DNA from: Selaginella moellendorffii
Lineage: Eukaryota; Plantae; Lycopodiophyta
Assembly: GCF_000143415.4 (NCBI RefSeq)
Contig: NW_003314263.1
Coordinates: 4,277,946-4,341,945 of the forward strand
Reading direction: 5' to 3'
DNA length: 64,000 nt
Below the pieces are notes generated by a model. That model did no database searches and was not told the DNA's origin. It was given only the letters and a program-made list of their open reading frames with translations. Of this stretch, positions 35,621-48,908 are shown one piece after another; the stretch's first letter is position 1; the number at the start of each line of letters is the position of its first letter. The position numbers were made by a program, and so were the translations under genes.

Positions 35621-38600
35621 ATGAGCAGCACGAGGAGAGCGGCAAATGCCGCATTCCAGGTCTGGCACCAGCGCTCCTTCTCTTCCGGTTGGATTTCGGC
35701 GCTGCTGTCGAGAGGGAATCTTCCTCCTCCTCTGGCTGCTCCATTTTCCCCATGGATCCAGGCGCGCTACATGGCCGCTCTTGCTCGCCCCGCCGCACTG
35801 GATCAGTCGTGGCGAGACACGATGAACAAGATCCGAAATATCGGAATCTCGGCTCACATAGACTCTGGCAAGACGACTCTTACGGAGCGCATCTTGTTCT
35901 ACACCGGGCGGATCGATTCCATCCACGAGGTGCGTGGCAAGGATGGCGTCGGCGCCAAGATGGATTCCATGGACCTGGAGCGCGAGAAAGGGATCACCAT
36001 CCAGTCCGCAGCGACGCACTGCGTTTGGGGTGACCACCAGGTGAGATGGACGTTTTTCATTCCCTTACAAAGTTTCGACTTTGTTTCTTTCTAGATCAAC
36101 ATCATCGATACTCCTGGGCACGTCGACTTTACGATCGAAGTGGAGCGAGCTTTGCGCGTGCTGGATGGCGCAATTCTTGTGCTGTGCAGCGTGAGTGGTG
36201 TGCAAAGCCAGTCCATTACTGTAGACCGGCAAATGAAGAGATACGATGTACCTCGTCTGGCGTTCATCAACAAGCTCGATCGCGCTGGTGCCGATCCATG
36301 GAGAGTTATCGAACAGGTGAAAACTCTAGGTGCATCCTTTCGTTCTTTATAATTGTTTGTTTCTTTTGGCAAATTAGCTTAGGAGCAAGCTGCGCCATAA
36401 CTGTGCCGCTGTGCAAATGCCAATTGGTCTTGAGGGCGAACATCGGGGTCTCGTTGATCTCATCCACGAAAGAGCGTTTTATTTTGAAGGAGCTCACGGG
36501 TTCGTGTGTTTATTACTTTAGACGTATTTCAACAAACATCTTCGTACAGGGAAAAACTTGTCCAGAAGGAAATCCCTCCCGAGCTAATGAAAGAGGCAGC
36601 TGACAGGCGGCGAGCACTTATTGAAATTGTGTCGGAAGTTGATGACGATCTTGCAGAAAGATTTGTCAACGACGAACCGATAACGCCAGCTGAACTTGAA
36701 GTAAGATGTCTGCATTTTCTTTTTTTGTTATGAGCTCGGCAGGATTGCTTGGTTTACAGGCGGCGATTCGACGAGCTACAATAGCGTTACGGTTCACTCC
36801 AGTTTTTATGGGTAGTGCCTTCAAGAACAAGGTGATGGTCATGGTCATCATTCATGGGTTCTGTAAACGAAAGTTTTGGTGCAGGGTGTCCAACTGCTTT
36901 TGAACGGAGTGTGCTCATTTCTGCCGTGTCCCACCGAGGTCTCAAATTACGCCTTGGATCAAAATAAGAAGGAAGAAAAGGTCAGCCTGATGAACTTGTA
37001 ACATTGAGTTTTGTTTGATGTTTTATTGTTTCTAGGTTGCGATAACTGGGTCTCCAACTGGTCCCTTCGTAGCTCTGGCCTTCAAACTTGAAGAAGGCCG
37101 GTTTGGACAGCTGACGTATTTGAGGTAATGGCTGTTCTTCATTTCAAGTTGATATCTAGCAATCTTCGTTTAGAATTTATGAAGGCACAATTAGGCGTGG
37201 GGAGAATCTACTCAATGTTGTTACTGGCAAGAAAGTTAAAGTCAGTAACATCGGTTGCCATTCTATCCTTTTGCTGAGCATGACTCTGGCCATTGCAGGT
37301 TCCAAGACTGGTGAAAATGCACGCAGATGACATGGAGGTAACTTGTCTTTCGTATTTTATCTAGCTCAGTCTTGCTGGACAGGACATCCAATCGGCACAT
37401 GCTGGAGAAATTGTTGCAATGTTTGGGATAGAGTGTTCGTCAGGTTCTGCTTGATTGATGCTTGCTTGTGCATCTTGAGGTTATTATCGTTGGGTTTTCC
37501 AGGCGATACCTTCACTGACGGTTCAGTAAGGTATACAATGACGTCGATGACTGTTCCCGAACCGGTCATGTCTCTCGCGATCGCTGTTTCGTCAAAGGAT
37601 GCATCAGCTCAGGTTCACAATGTCTTCTATTTGGTTTTTACACAAGCCGATTCTTTTGTATGGCAGTTTTCCAAGGCGCTGAACCGATTTCAGAAGGAAG
37701 ATCCTACCTTCCGTGTTAAGCTAGATCCGGAAAGTGGACAGGTATGGATGTTGTATGCTTCAGTAATATTTTTTCTGACCGTTTGTCTCGTTTCAGACCC
37801 TCATTTCGGGGATGGGGGAGCTGCATCTTGACATTTACGTGGAACGCATGAAGAGAGAATATAAGGTTGACAGGTGCACTTCTGTTTTGCTCTTCATGAC
37901 GCTGAAGCTATCAGGTAGAAGCAAGTGTTGGCAAGCCTCAAGTGAACTTCAGAGAGGCCATCAGCACCAGGGCGGATTTCAACTATTTACACAAGAAGCA
38001 AAGTGGTGGCCAGGGTCAATACGGTCGCGTGGAAGGGTGAGCTTCTCTTGCTTTTCCATGGCTACTATACTAATCTTGCTGGATAAATAAACAGCTACAT
38101 TGAACCGCTTCCAGAGGATTCCGAAGTCAAGTTTGAGTTTAAAAATATGCTTGTCGGTCAAGCAATTCCAAACAGCTACATTCCTTCAATCGAAAAGGGA
38201 TTCATCGAGGCTTGCAACTCGTAAGCTAGTGTTTGTACTCGTGCTCCTGGTGATTGACAAAACGGCTGCTTTCTTTTGCCAGGGGCTCATTGATTGGCCA
38301 CCCCGTTGAAGGAATTCGTATTGTCCTGACCGACGGTGCTGCTCATGCGGTAGATTCCAGTGAGCTTGCTTTCAAGCTGGCTGCTCTGTACGCATTTAGA
38401 CAGGTAAAACACATCCCTTATTGTTATAAACTTTTGATAGAACACGTGCCGTTTTGCTGTCTAGTGTTACCCTGCTGCCGATCCTGTCATTCTAGAACCA
38501 GTCATGCTTGTCGAGATCAAAGCCCCGACGGAGTTCCAGGGACCTGTGGTTGGCGACATCAACAGGTATGGCATTAGCGTTAGTTCTTCTCTTGCTCTAA

Positions 38601-38953
38601 CACCACGGCGGCGACAGGCGCAAGGGCATGATCGTCAACAGCGAGCAAGAGGGCGACGATGCGGTTATCACGTGTCACGTAAGTCTTTCGTGCCCGAGTT
38701 GTATCAGCTAACCTTTTGTTCTGGATTTCCAGATTCCTCTCAACAACATGTTTGGATACTCGACGTCGCTGCGATCAATGACTCAGGTTTGTCAATCTCA
38801 GAGTTTGTGTAGGTGTCCACATTAAAAATGTGTCACGGTAAGCAGGGTAAAGGAGAGTTTACAATGGAGTACTACAAGCACTTGGGTGTGTCGGCCGAGG
38901 TCCAAAGGCAGCTAGAGACGAGCCACAAGAAGGGCAGCGATGACAAGAAATAA
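35621..38953 (+). CDS. MEFG1: Mitochondrial elongation factor G
   Basis: Transit peptide, [77 protein letters not shown]; many ~50-60 nt introns. Confidence 0.96.
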
Positions 38954-39061
38954 AAAATACTAGGAATCATTTGATCGATTCGATCACGAGCACACAACAC
39001 TAATTTAAACGAAAGTGTAATAAATTTGAATTCCCCGCCATTTTGGTTTAGGGTTCTTGCG

Positions 39062-39504
39062 ATGGAGGAGGCTGGATCGCCCGAGTCGAGCAAGAAGCGG
39101 CAGCGGGAGGCGAGCGCCGAGATGGAAGCCAGCATCCAGCAGATCCAGCACAAGATCGAGCAGTTCACGCAGCAGGTACTTGGCGATAAATTCCCCCCTC
39201 CGCCAGCTTGCTCGATCGAGATTACATAGGTGTCTGGTCTCTTGGAGGCCGGGAAGTCCTTCTTCACCGAAGTAGCCAGCGCGTTCGAGGAGAGCGTCGT
39301 CCAGTATCCTTGATCTCCTATCGATCGCTTGCGTTTTCTTCCCTTGATCTCTCGCGCAGATTGCACCAGAAGCAAGTGGAGAAATGGGAGGAGGAGATTG
39401 GGATGCTGCGCGCCGTGGATGCCGTCAACGAGGAGATGAGCGCCAGGCTGAGCAACGCGCAATCGCTCATCAGCAGCACCGTCACAGCTGTGGATCACGA
39501 GTAG
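39062..39504 (+). CDS. Small coiled-coil protein similar to 'knotted 1-binding protein 36'-type plant proteins
   Basis: Three exons give EMEASIQQIQHKIEQFTQQ|VSGLLEAGKSFF..FEE..|LHQKQVEKWEEEI..NEE; family similarity recalled from memory. Confidence 0.7.
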
Positions 39505-39599
39505 AAATTTAAAATGGAGCTAGATTTTGCTCAAGAACCCTAAAATGCCAGGGAAATCTCTCTCTTCCAGGGTTCTAGGCCAGGGTTCAAGATGGAGCG

Positions 39600-42407
39600 A
39601 TGCAGGTAGCGCGGTCAGGCGCCGCCGCAGCATCATCACTGCGACGAGCAGCAATCCAGCGCCTTGGCGTGGAGGATTTGACGGCGGCAGTGTCGCGGAT
39701 CATCGCGGATCAAGGCCACTGCGCGCCCAGTACTTACGGCTGCCTCCTCCAGGCATGCGGTCGGCTGCGCGCCCTCAAGCAGGGCCAGCGCCTCCACGCT
39801 CACATCCTCTCGCGGCGCATCGACCTCCACAACCACAGCTTCCTCGCCAGCGATCTCATCGTCATGCACGCCAAATGTGGCAACCTCGCCGAGGCAGAGG
39901 CCCTGGCGGATCGATTCGCGAGCGTCTACTCGTGCACGGCCATGATCCGGGCGTGGATGGAGCACGGCCGCCCCGACAAGGCCATGGAGCTCTTCGATCG
40001 GATGGAAGTGAGGCCCAATTGCCACGCACTCATCGCGCTCGTCAACGCGTGTTCTTGCCTGGGCAATCTGGCAGCGGGGCGGAGAATCCATTCGCAGATC
40101 AGCGACCGCGACTTCGAGGAGAACTCCGTACTGGGCAATGCGCTCATCAGCATGTATAGCAAGTGTGGGAGCCTCATCGACGCGAAACAGGCCTTCGATC
40201 GGTTGCCAAGAGCTTCCAAGCGCGACGTCGTGACTTGGAATGCCATGATCTCGGCGTTCCTCCGCAATGGATCCGCGCGAGAGGCGCTCCAGCTGTTCCG
40301 GGACATGGACCGCGACGGAGCTCCGCCACCCAACAGCGTCACCTTTGTCAGCGTCCTGGATTCGTGCGTGGAGGCGGGGCTCTTGTCGCTCGAGGACGTG
40401 AGGGCGATCCACGGCAGGATCGTGGGCGCTGGGATCGAGAGGGAGGCCTTCGTTCGCACGGCGCTGGTGGACAGCTATGGGAAACTTGGCAGCCTCGACG
40501 ACGCGTGGGAAGTGTTCCTCCGGAAGGGCGACGAGGAGCCCAGCACCAGTCTGGTGACATGCTCGGCCATGATCTCGGCGTGCTGGCAGAATGGATGGCC
40601 CCAGGAGTCACTCCGGCTCTTCTTCGCGATGAACTTGGAAGGAACAAAGCCCAGTGGAGTGACGCTCGTCTCGGTGCTCAATGCCTGCTCCATGCTGCAG
40701 GTTGGGTCGGCCACCGCATTCGTTCTCGAGCAGGCCATGGAGGTCGTCTCGGCCACCAGGGACAACGTTCTCGGCACGACGCTGCTCACCACTTACGCTC
40801 GATCCAACGACTTGCCGCGAGCAAGAGCCACGTTTGATGCCATCCAGAGTCCCGACGTCGTGTCGTGGAACGCCATGGCTGCGGCCTATCTCCAGCACCA
40901 CCGTTCCCGAGAGGCGCTCGTTCTGTTCGAGCGAATGCTGCTGGAAGGCGTGAGACCAAGTGTTGCAACCTTCATCACTGCTCTCACTGCCTGTGCTGCC
41001 TATCCTCCTCAAACCGCTAGCGCGATTGGGAAGAGGATTCAGTCGCTGCTGGAGGAGGCCGGGCTCGAGGGAGACACTGCAGTCGCCAACGCCACCCTCA
41101 ACATGTACGCCAAGTGTGGAAGCTTGGCTGATGCTCGGGCCGTGTTTGAAAGGATATCTCCCGCTCGCCGGGACTGTATCACCTGGAACTCGATGCTGGC
41201 GGCCTACGGACACCACGGGCTTGGAAAGGAGGCGTTTGAGCTCTTCCAGGCGATGGAGGCCGAGAAGCTGGTGAAACCAAACAAGGTGACTTTCGTTGCG
41301 GTTTTGGACGCGAGTACTAGCCGGACGAGCATCGCCCAAGGCCGGGAGATCCACGCCCGTGTCGTGAGCAACGGGTTTGAGTCGGACACCGTGATCCAAA
41401 ACGCGCTGCTCAACATGTATGCCAAGTGCGGAAGCTTGGACGACGCACAAGCCATCTTTGACAAGTCGAGTAGCAACCAAGAGGACGTGATCGCTTGGAC
41501 GAGCCTGATCGCCGGGTACGCGCAGTATGGCCAGGCGGAGAGGGCTCTCAAGCTGTTTTGGACGATGCAGCAGCAGGGCGTGAGGCCCAACCACGTAACT
41601 TTCATCAGTGCTCTCACAGCTTGCAACCATGGTGGGAAGCTCGAGCAAGGATGCGAGCTCCTGTCCGGCATGACACCCGACCACGGCATCCTTCCCGCCT
41701 CCAAGCACTTCAGCTGCATCGTCGATCTGCTGGGACGGTGTGGGCGACTGGACGAGGCCGAGAAGCTGCTGGAAAGGACGTCCCAAGCCGACGTGATCAC
41801 CTGGATGGCTCTTCTCGATGCTTGCAAGAACAGCAAGGAGCTGGAGAGAGGAGAGCGCTGCGCGGAGCGGATAATGCAGCTCGACCCCGAGGTGGCGTCG
41901 AGTTACATCGTTCTGGCGAGCATGTATGCTGCTGCGGGTCGGTGGAATGAGGCCGCCACTATCCGCAAGACAATGCTGGACAAAGGAATTCGAGCAGACC
42001 CCGGCTGCAGTGCTGTGGAGGTGAACCAGGAGCTGCATTCTTTCTCGGCCGGAGATAAGTCCCATCCCAAGTCGGAGGAGATCTACTTGGAACTGGAACG
42101 GCTTCACTGGAGTATCAAGGCCGCTGGCTACGTCGCTGACACTGGGCTGGTGCTGCACGATGTGAGCCAGGAGCACAAGGAGAGGCTGCTCATGAGGCAC
42201 AGTGAGAAGCTGGCGATTGCATTTGGACTGATGAGCACCCCCAGTGGATCACCCCTCAGAGTGATCAAGAACCTCCGCGTCTGCAGCGACTGCCATACAG
42301 CAACCAAGTTGATATCCAAGGTGACTGGACGTGACATCCTGATGAGAGACTCGAGTCGCTACCACCACTTCACCAGCGGAACCTGCTCGTGTGGTGATTA
42401 CTGGTGA
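39600..42407 (+). CDS. PLS-class PPR-E-DYW organellar C-to-U RNA editing factor
   Basis: Intronless 935 aa; PLS triplets, PG box (PGCSAVEV), HSEKLA, CSDCH, terminal CSCGDYW. Confidence 0.96.
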   Translation: MQVARSGAAAASSLRRAAIQRLGVEDLTAAVSRIIADQGHCAPSTYGCLLQACGRLRALKQGQRLHAHILSRRIDLHNHSFLASDLIVMHAKCGNLAEAEALADRFASVYSCTAMIRAWMEHGRPDKAMELFDRMEVRPNCHALIALVNACSCLGNLAAGRRIHSQISDRDFEENSVLGNALISMYSKCGSLIDAKQAFDRLPRASKRDVVTWNAMISAFLRNGSAREALQLFRDMDRDGAPPPNSVTFVSVLDSCVEAGLLSLEDVRAIHGRIVGAGIEREAFVRTALVDSYGKLGSLDDAWEVFLRKGDEEPSTSLVTCSAMISACWQNGWPQESLRLFFAMNLEGTKPSGVTLVSVLNACSMLQVGSATAFVLEQAMEVVSATRDNVLGTTLLTTYARSNDLPRARATFDAIQSPDVVSWNAMAAAYLQHHRSREALVLFERMLLEGVRPSVATFITALTACAAYPPQTASAIGKRIQSLLEEAGLEGDTAVANATLNMYAKCGSLADARAVFERISPARRDCITWNSMLAAYGHHGLGKEAFELFQAMEAEKLVKPNKVTFVAVLDASTSRTSIAQGREIHARVVSNGFESDTVIQNALLNMYAKCGSLDDAQAIFDKSSSNQEDVIAWTSLIAGYAQYGQAERALKLFWTMQQQGVRPNHVTFISALTACNHGGKLEQGCELLSGMTPDHGILPASKHFSCIVDLLGRCGRLDEAEKLLERTSQADVITWMALLDACKNSKELERGERCAERIMQLDPEVASSYIVLASMYAAAGRWNEAATIRKTMLDKGIRADPGCSAVEVNQELHSFSAGDKSHPKSEEIYLELERLHWSIKAAGYVADTGLVLHDVSQEHKERLLMRHSEKLAIAFGLMSTPSGSPLRVIKNLRVCSDCHTATKLISKVTGRDILMRDSSRYHHFTSGTCSCGDYW

Positions 42408-42441
42408 CGAAACAGACACAGATTGGGCCGACTAGCGCTAC

Positions 42442-43348
42442 TTATGGCTGATAGGAGATGGAGTACGAGCCTGTTTCCGGGTCCTTAACGCTCTTGAAAT
42501 TGTCAACGCTCATACCAAATCGACCCAGGACAGAGTTTCCAAGCTCCTTGAGCTTCCCTGGAGTCCAGGTTATTAGTCTCCATTCTCATCAACCAAAAAG
42601 CTTACCCAGCATCTCTTCTTTCATCTTTTCACGTCGCTCGGCTACAACTGGTTCTAATCGTCTCACCGCCTTGGCTGCTTCTTTATTTGCCGGATCAAGC
42701 TCCAGCACCTTCTTCATATCTGTAATGATCAAGTAAGAGGTTGTCCGCCAAGGAAGAAAGCTTAGCTTAGCCTACCGGCAAGGGCGTCTTCTAGCTTGTC
42801 CACTTTTTCGTGAGCTTGCGCTCTCCTTAAGAATGCCTTGATGTAAGCCGGATTCAATTCGATGGCTTTGGAACTCTCGTGAACTGCTTCTTCGTACTCG
42901 TCCTGCCAGCAAAAGAAAAGCAAAGTGATGAGAATCAAAAAGAGCAACACCCAAGCTCCCTCACAATCTGTAGATAACACATTGCCCGGTTACACAGACA
43001 CATTGAGCAGATTTCCTTTGCATTTGTGTTGTTGTTGTCAGCCAAGAGCTCCAAAGCACCTTGGTAGGCCGCGAGCGCGTCTCGATACCTCCCTTGCGCG
43101 TACGCCGCATTCCCCTCGGCCTTGGCACGCTCTGCCAGGGGAACATCCCTCTGGAAACAAGGGGCCAGTCGGGAATCGGGATCAATCAATCGACCTGGAA
43201 TCTCTCTCACCTCGCGCTGCTGATCCTCCGTCAGTGCGTCCTCGAACCGATCCTCGCCATCGCTAGCCGTCTCCCACCCCTCGGCGGCGACGCCGGGCGG
43301 CGCCCTCTTCGTCTCCTCCTCCTCCTCCTCTTCTTGGATTCGCACCAT
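42442..43348 (-). CDS. Tetratricopeptide repeat protein 1 (TTC1-like)
   Basis: AKAEGN.., NRAMCY, KAIELNPAYIKAFLRRA, C-terminal KLKELGNSVLGRFGMSVDNFKSVKDPETGSYSI. Confidence 0.9.
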
Positions 43349-43889
43349 TGTTGGAATAAAAGAGCCCTAGAGATGCGATTTTAACATCATTTGGACATTG
43401 GACATAAACTATATGATGTGGCAAAATGATGATTAGGTCTATCAAAGGAAAGTATTTAAGTGGGAGGGGCGGTATATGCTCGGCACGGGTATAATGTTTG
43501 TGAGAGGTAAGCTAGGGATGGTTCGTTAAGCGCGAACGAGGGCAAGGGTTTTTGTGCTCGGGAGAGGGGGCGCGCGGCAAAGCGGAGCGCGGACAAGAGG
43601 AGCTATCGCCGTGGCTGCGCGAACCATGTAAGTTCCTCGATCGTCTCTCCGATTTGTCTCCCGGAAATTAGGGTTTAAGGGAATGTAGGCGTCCCTTCTT
43701 TCCTCTGGCTCCTCCTTCCCAGCTCGCTCTCTCGCTGCATGTAGTTTCCATCCAAAGGGGATGAGCTAGCGACGCGCGAGCGCATCAAAATGTAGCTGTG
43801 TAGCTCGCGCATACAGAGGGTTTATACTCGTGCTCGTCTTTTTTGCCATTCAAGGTTTTGGGCGACGGTGAGGAGCTTCGTCGAGGCTT

Positions 43890-46708
43890 ATGGGGTCGGG
43901 AAACACGTTTCACAGCGGTGCTACGTCGGCTGCTCCATCCATTTCCATGGCGTTTTCTGAGAGCGGGGGCTGGTCTTGGTTCCGTGGGGGGCCTGCAAAG
44001 GGAGACGAGTTGCCACCGGAGGATCACTGGTCCGAGGACAAGGAGAAGAGCGCGAGCTGGGCGGTAAGCGATGACGTGCCCGAGCACCGGAGCGTGCCAT
44101 CCGGTCTTGCTTCCCCACAGATGACACAGGAAGCCGCCGTTGCCGCCGCCGCCGCCGTCGACAAGGCAGGTGACAACATTGGCGTGAACATTTTCTCGAG
44201 TTCATTGCCTGACTTGTTCCGAAACAAACGTAAGCTTTCGTAAGCCTCCCTCGCACATTCTCTGCTTACCATTGTTTGCCTGTGTTTGCAGTAGGACTGC
44301 TCGATGTTCAACAGCCGCCCTCATCGGAGGCCGACGAGGAACCTGAAGACAATGAGATTCCTCTGGAAGAACTGGAGCTGCATGCTATCGGCAGTCTGCT
44401 TCCTGACGACGACGAGTTGTTGGCCGGTGCTCTCACTGATATGCCACCGGGGTCGTCCAGCACCCAGGATTCAGAGGATCTCGACTTTTTCAGCAACGGA
44501 GGGGGCCTTGAACTCGACGGTGATGGCTTTTCTGCCGAAGAACCGACTTCGCGCACGATTTTTGTACGGAATATAGATAGTAAAGTTTCGGATGACGAGC
44601 TTAGAGCTGTTTTTGAGGTGAGTATCGGAATTATCGCCGCCTGCGGGCTTACTGACCTTGAATGCTTCCTCGTGTGCGCAGCGTTTTGGTGACATTCGTA
44701 CGCTGTACACTGGATGTAAACCCGAAGGTTTGATTTTAGTCTCCTACTACGATTTGCGGGGTGCCAAGCGCGCGATACGTGCGCTCCAGAGCCGGGTGCT
44801 GTGGGGCCAAAAGTTGGAGATGCACTTCTTATTTCCAAAGGTGCGTTACCTACCTTTGTTTTCGCTGTATACTGAGACTGGACAATTTGCAGGATAGTCA
44901 CCCATACGACACAAGCCTTGGCATGGTTGCGGTTTTCAATGTCGATCCCGCCGTGTCAAACGACGATCTCAAAGAACTTTTCGGAGTGTATGGGGACATC
45001 AAGGAGGTAAACCATCTATACTGCTAGGCATGGCGTTTGTAAGCTGGCCGTTTTTGTTTTGTAAGCAGGTCCACGAGACGCCGCTTAAACATCGACACAG
45101 GTTCATCGAGTTCTATGATTCACGAGCTGCATGCGCTGCGCTTCGGGTTCTGAATAAGCGTGATCTACTCGCCAGGCGAACTCGACTGGACCCGAGGTAT
45201 GAAGTGCTGGTGAAGTTATCCGCTGCTAGTAAAGCTTACCTTCCCTACCTTCAGCTCAATATTGCAGTTCAACGATGACGTTGATAACGATGATCCTCTC
45301 GTGCAGTCTCAGCATCTGTTCAATGCGACAGGTTGGACAAATCTTTTTTTCCTTTGCTCTTAGCATTTACTTTCCTTCATTTGCAGGCTATAGTGAAAGC
45401 GAGGCTTTGAGGGAGCTTCACCAGCAGGCGAAGTTTGCGTCGTTTAGCCACCCTTGGAACTCCCTGGCGGGTGGTTTATCTTCACCATCCTCCGTCATGG
45501 GAAAAGCTGGTGATGTTGGGCTGGGCTATCACTCGTATCCGGATTTTGATTACGGCCTTATGAACCATATTCGGCAGAGCTCGGCCATGTCAGCTTTACG
45601 TGCACGTGAAGGACTGGAAGAGATGCCTCTTCATAGGAGTCCTGGTTACGAGCATAGAGGTAGCGCCTTTCTTTCCTCACCTCTTGTGGATCTCAATTCT
45701 GTGTTGTTTCTCAGGCCTGGCAGTAAATCCTCGACCAGGATTGGTGACAACGCCAAGCTCGCCTTTCCTGTGGGGCAATGCTCCGCAGAGCTCTCCGTTG
45801 CTGTGGCCACCATCAGCTCATTTGTATGGTCATCCAAAGGTTCATGGTTGCAGCCTGCAGAGCCACTTACTCAATCCGGTCCTGGCTTACCCTCAAGTAG
45901 GATGCCTACCTTACGGTGAGAAGTTACGAGACAGAAGGCGCGGGTATTTAAGGCAATCGGCGCCTGGAGGATACCTCGGGCTTACAGGGTCACTGAGGCT
46001 GGGGTCAAGAAGTCATCCTGATCGCAAGAGTGATTTGTCGAAGGGCGCTCTTTCCAGCGGCGTGGGCCGATTCAACAGCCGGCACAGAAGCCGCAGAGGC
46101 GACAGTAACGCAGCGGACAAAGAACAGTTTCACCTGGACCTGGATCGTATAGTCAGCGGAGAGGACAAGCGTACGACGCTCATGCTTAAAAATATTCCGA
46201 ACAAGTGAGTACGCTCGAGAGTCACGAGTGGTTTGTGTTCTGAGGCTCGTGTTTGCAGATACACGTCGAAGATGCTCTTGGCAGTGATCGATGAGGCAAA
46301 CCAGGGCACTTACGATTTTATCTACTTACCAATCGACTTCAAGGTGTGTGATTTGTCATATGATATTCTGGACTAACCTTACGCTGCAACGCAGAACAAG
46401 TGCAATGTGGGGTACGCTTTTGTGAATATGATAGAGCCTTCCTACATTGTCTCGTTTTATAAGGTAAGCAACACAGCAGGCTTGGATCGCGACGCTTACC
46501 GTTGTCTGTTATCCAGGCTTTTAATGGCAAGAAATGGGAAAAGTTTAATAGTGAGAAGGTTGCATCGGTAGCTTATGCTCGAATTCAAGGCAAAGCCGCT
46601 CTTGTGGCTCATTTCCAGAACTCGAGCCTGATGAACGAATGTCGTCCTATAGTGTTCGGCGAAGAAGGGAACACTCCGGACGATCCAGGCAAAGAAATCG
46701 GTTTGTAA
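43890..46708 (+). CDS. MEI2-like RRM protein (AML clade); start and last exon uncertain
   Basis: FSSSLP, IGSLLPDDDELL, SRTIFVRNI, FIEFYD, RRM3 EDKRTTLMLKNIPNKYT..YDFIYLPIDF..NVGYAFVN..WEKFNSEKVA. Confidence 0.92.
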
Positions 46709-47552
46709 CTCGAGTTTTCTCTGTTGTATTGTTCCTAATGGTTACTACTGTTACAGGGATTGTAATGGGTTCCGAGGAAGCGACGAAACTGTAAAACACG
46801 TGAGGGTAACACAGAGAGGCAAGGAAGATGATGAGCACCTCTTCAAGCGAAGGTTTTGATGTAGATTCCTTAGGACTGGCTCATCCATCTATCGTTGAGG
46901 TTCCAGTTTTTTTCCTTTCGTTTTTCTTTTTTATCTTTTTCTACGTTCTTCCTTTTGCTTGTAAAAAATAATGAGCTAGTCATGGAAGAAGATCCGGCAG
47001 CCGCGGTAGCAGCAGCAGATTTTATGTAAAAAGATCAGAAGAAGAAAGTTTGGTGTTCGGCAATCAGTGGCAGTGTTGATCTCCGTTAGTTGGTTGGATT
47101 GGAGAGGGAGAGAGTTTTTCAGGCCTTTGGTGGTGGCTCTACCTTTGTAGCTCCATCAGATTTTGTAGTAATGGTTTCTTTCGTTTTTTCCAGTCTAAGA
47201 TGAATTATCTTGGATGGTGACTTTCCATGTGGGAATGACAGGAGCACATTTTCTTGGCGCTGCTGTTTTGAATGGAGACGTCCCTTTTTCTCAGCTCTTG
47301 CAGCTCGGCTCTGCGGCCTACCTAAAGCTGACACGCCGAAGTTGAAGTCTTGGTTGCTTTCCACTTTTGCCAAAAGAGACTTCGCAGCGCATCGTCTTTG
47401 TATGTATCTCTAACGCAGGTTTTGTTTGGACACAACAAACACTCCAGCGGCTATAATACAAATCCTGCATCGCAACCGTGTGACAGTCTCGCGTGGGGAG
47501 ACGTGTGATGGATGACCTCTAGCACTAGCTAGCAAAGTTAATGAACGGATAG

Positions 47553-48862
47553 CTAGCAGCCATCGTAGCTTGATTGCACCTGGCCGAGCTTGGGCTTGCC
47601 CTGCTGCAAGCAAGTCACTTGTGGGACCGTGGGTGAGAAGATCTCGCCGTAAGAATTCCAGCAAAAGGCTGGAATGTCGTCGTAGCCCCTGGCTGAGAGG
47701 AGCTCGACGTTGGCCACCACGATGCCGACGCAGGGGACGCTGTCGCTGCATGCAAAGTGGATGTTGCTCTTCTGCGTGTAGGTGCCCCGGATGTTCTTGT
47801 AGGAAACGTCCGAGATGGAGACCCCGGATGTCTGGTTGTGGCAGCTCCGGCCGTCGCAGTAGAACTGGTCGATGACGATCGGATTGCTCACGTTGAGCAC
47901 GGCGATGTTGTGGAAATGGACGCTGCTCACGGAGCCAGACCCGCCCTGGTTGCACGAGCATTTGTGTATGACAAGGAACCGAAACAAGAAACGAGAGAAC
48001 CTGCCAGGTCTTGATGCGGACTCCGTTCTGGGAGGTGTGAACTACAACGTCGTGGACGGAGACGTCGGATACACAGGCCTTGGTTCCTCCTCGTCCCAGC
48101 CCACCAATGCTGGACAAGAGAGCGCGAGTGTGTGAGAAAAACTTGTGTGTCTACAAGGTACCTTATGCCGTGGCCCGGACCACACATCATGTCGAATATC
48201 TCAATGTTGGAGCAGCCAGTCTGGATGGAAACGCAGTCGTCTCCTGCACAATCTCGAGCTGTCAAAAACTTAAACTCTTTCTCCTCGACCGTTTGCTTAC
48301 CAGTTGACACCCGGGAGCTCCGCACGGCCGCGTATCGTGTGTCCTGCAGGTGAATCCCATCGGTGTTGGGGCTGGTGTAGGGAGAAGAGATGGTCACATT
48401 GTTGACGACGACACCTTGGCAGCTGTCGAACTTGAGATGCGTTTGGGGGCTGTTGACAATGGCCAAGTGCTGCACAACCACGTTGCTGCTGCCATAGAAG
48501 CGTACAGCCTGCGCAGGGGCAGGGGACTCACATTATCACGCAGTCCGAGCGTAAGATCTGAAAGAATATGTATGTAGTTGTTGGAACTAACTTACAGTTG
48601 GGATATCACAGGATTTGGATGTCTTGTGACCCTGCGAAATCAAGTTGCAAGTTCCATTTGCCAGGCGTCAGAGAACTTATTTCTAGTCCCTTACCTTTGC
48701 CTTGCAAGAAGAATTCCACCACGCAGGGCCATTTCCATTTATCGCGCCAGTGCAGCTCCCCTGGAGGAGTAATCCGTGAACTCTCGCAAACTCGATCCAT
48801 TGGAGCAAGCTCGTTCCGTTCCAGGCCTTGGCGCTAGTTGGAGCGACGATGGTGCCATCCAC

Positions 48863-48908
<46 letters not shown>

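Noticed and set aside
40608-42200. 530-aa antisense ORF, and similar overlapping ORFs in the SET and PPR genes
   Set aside because: Shadow ORFs expected in GC-rich coding DNA; no recognisable motifs.
43626-43631. ATG-TAA minimal uORF in the MEI2-like leader
   Set aside because: It overlaps a probable GTAAG splice donor and would be removed by splicing.
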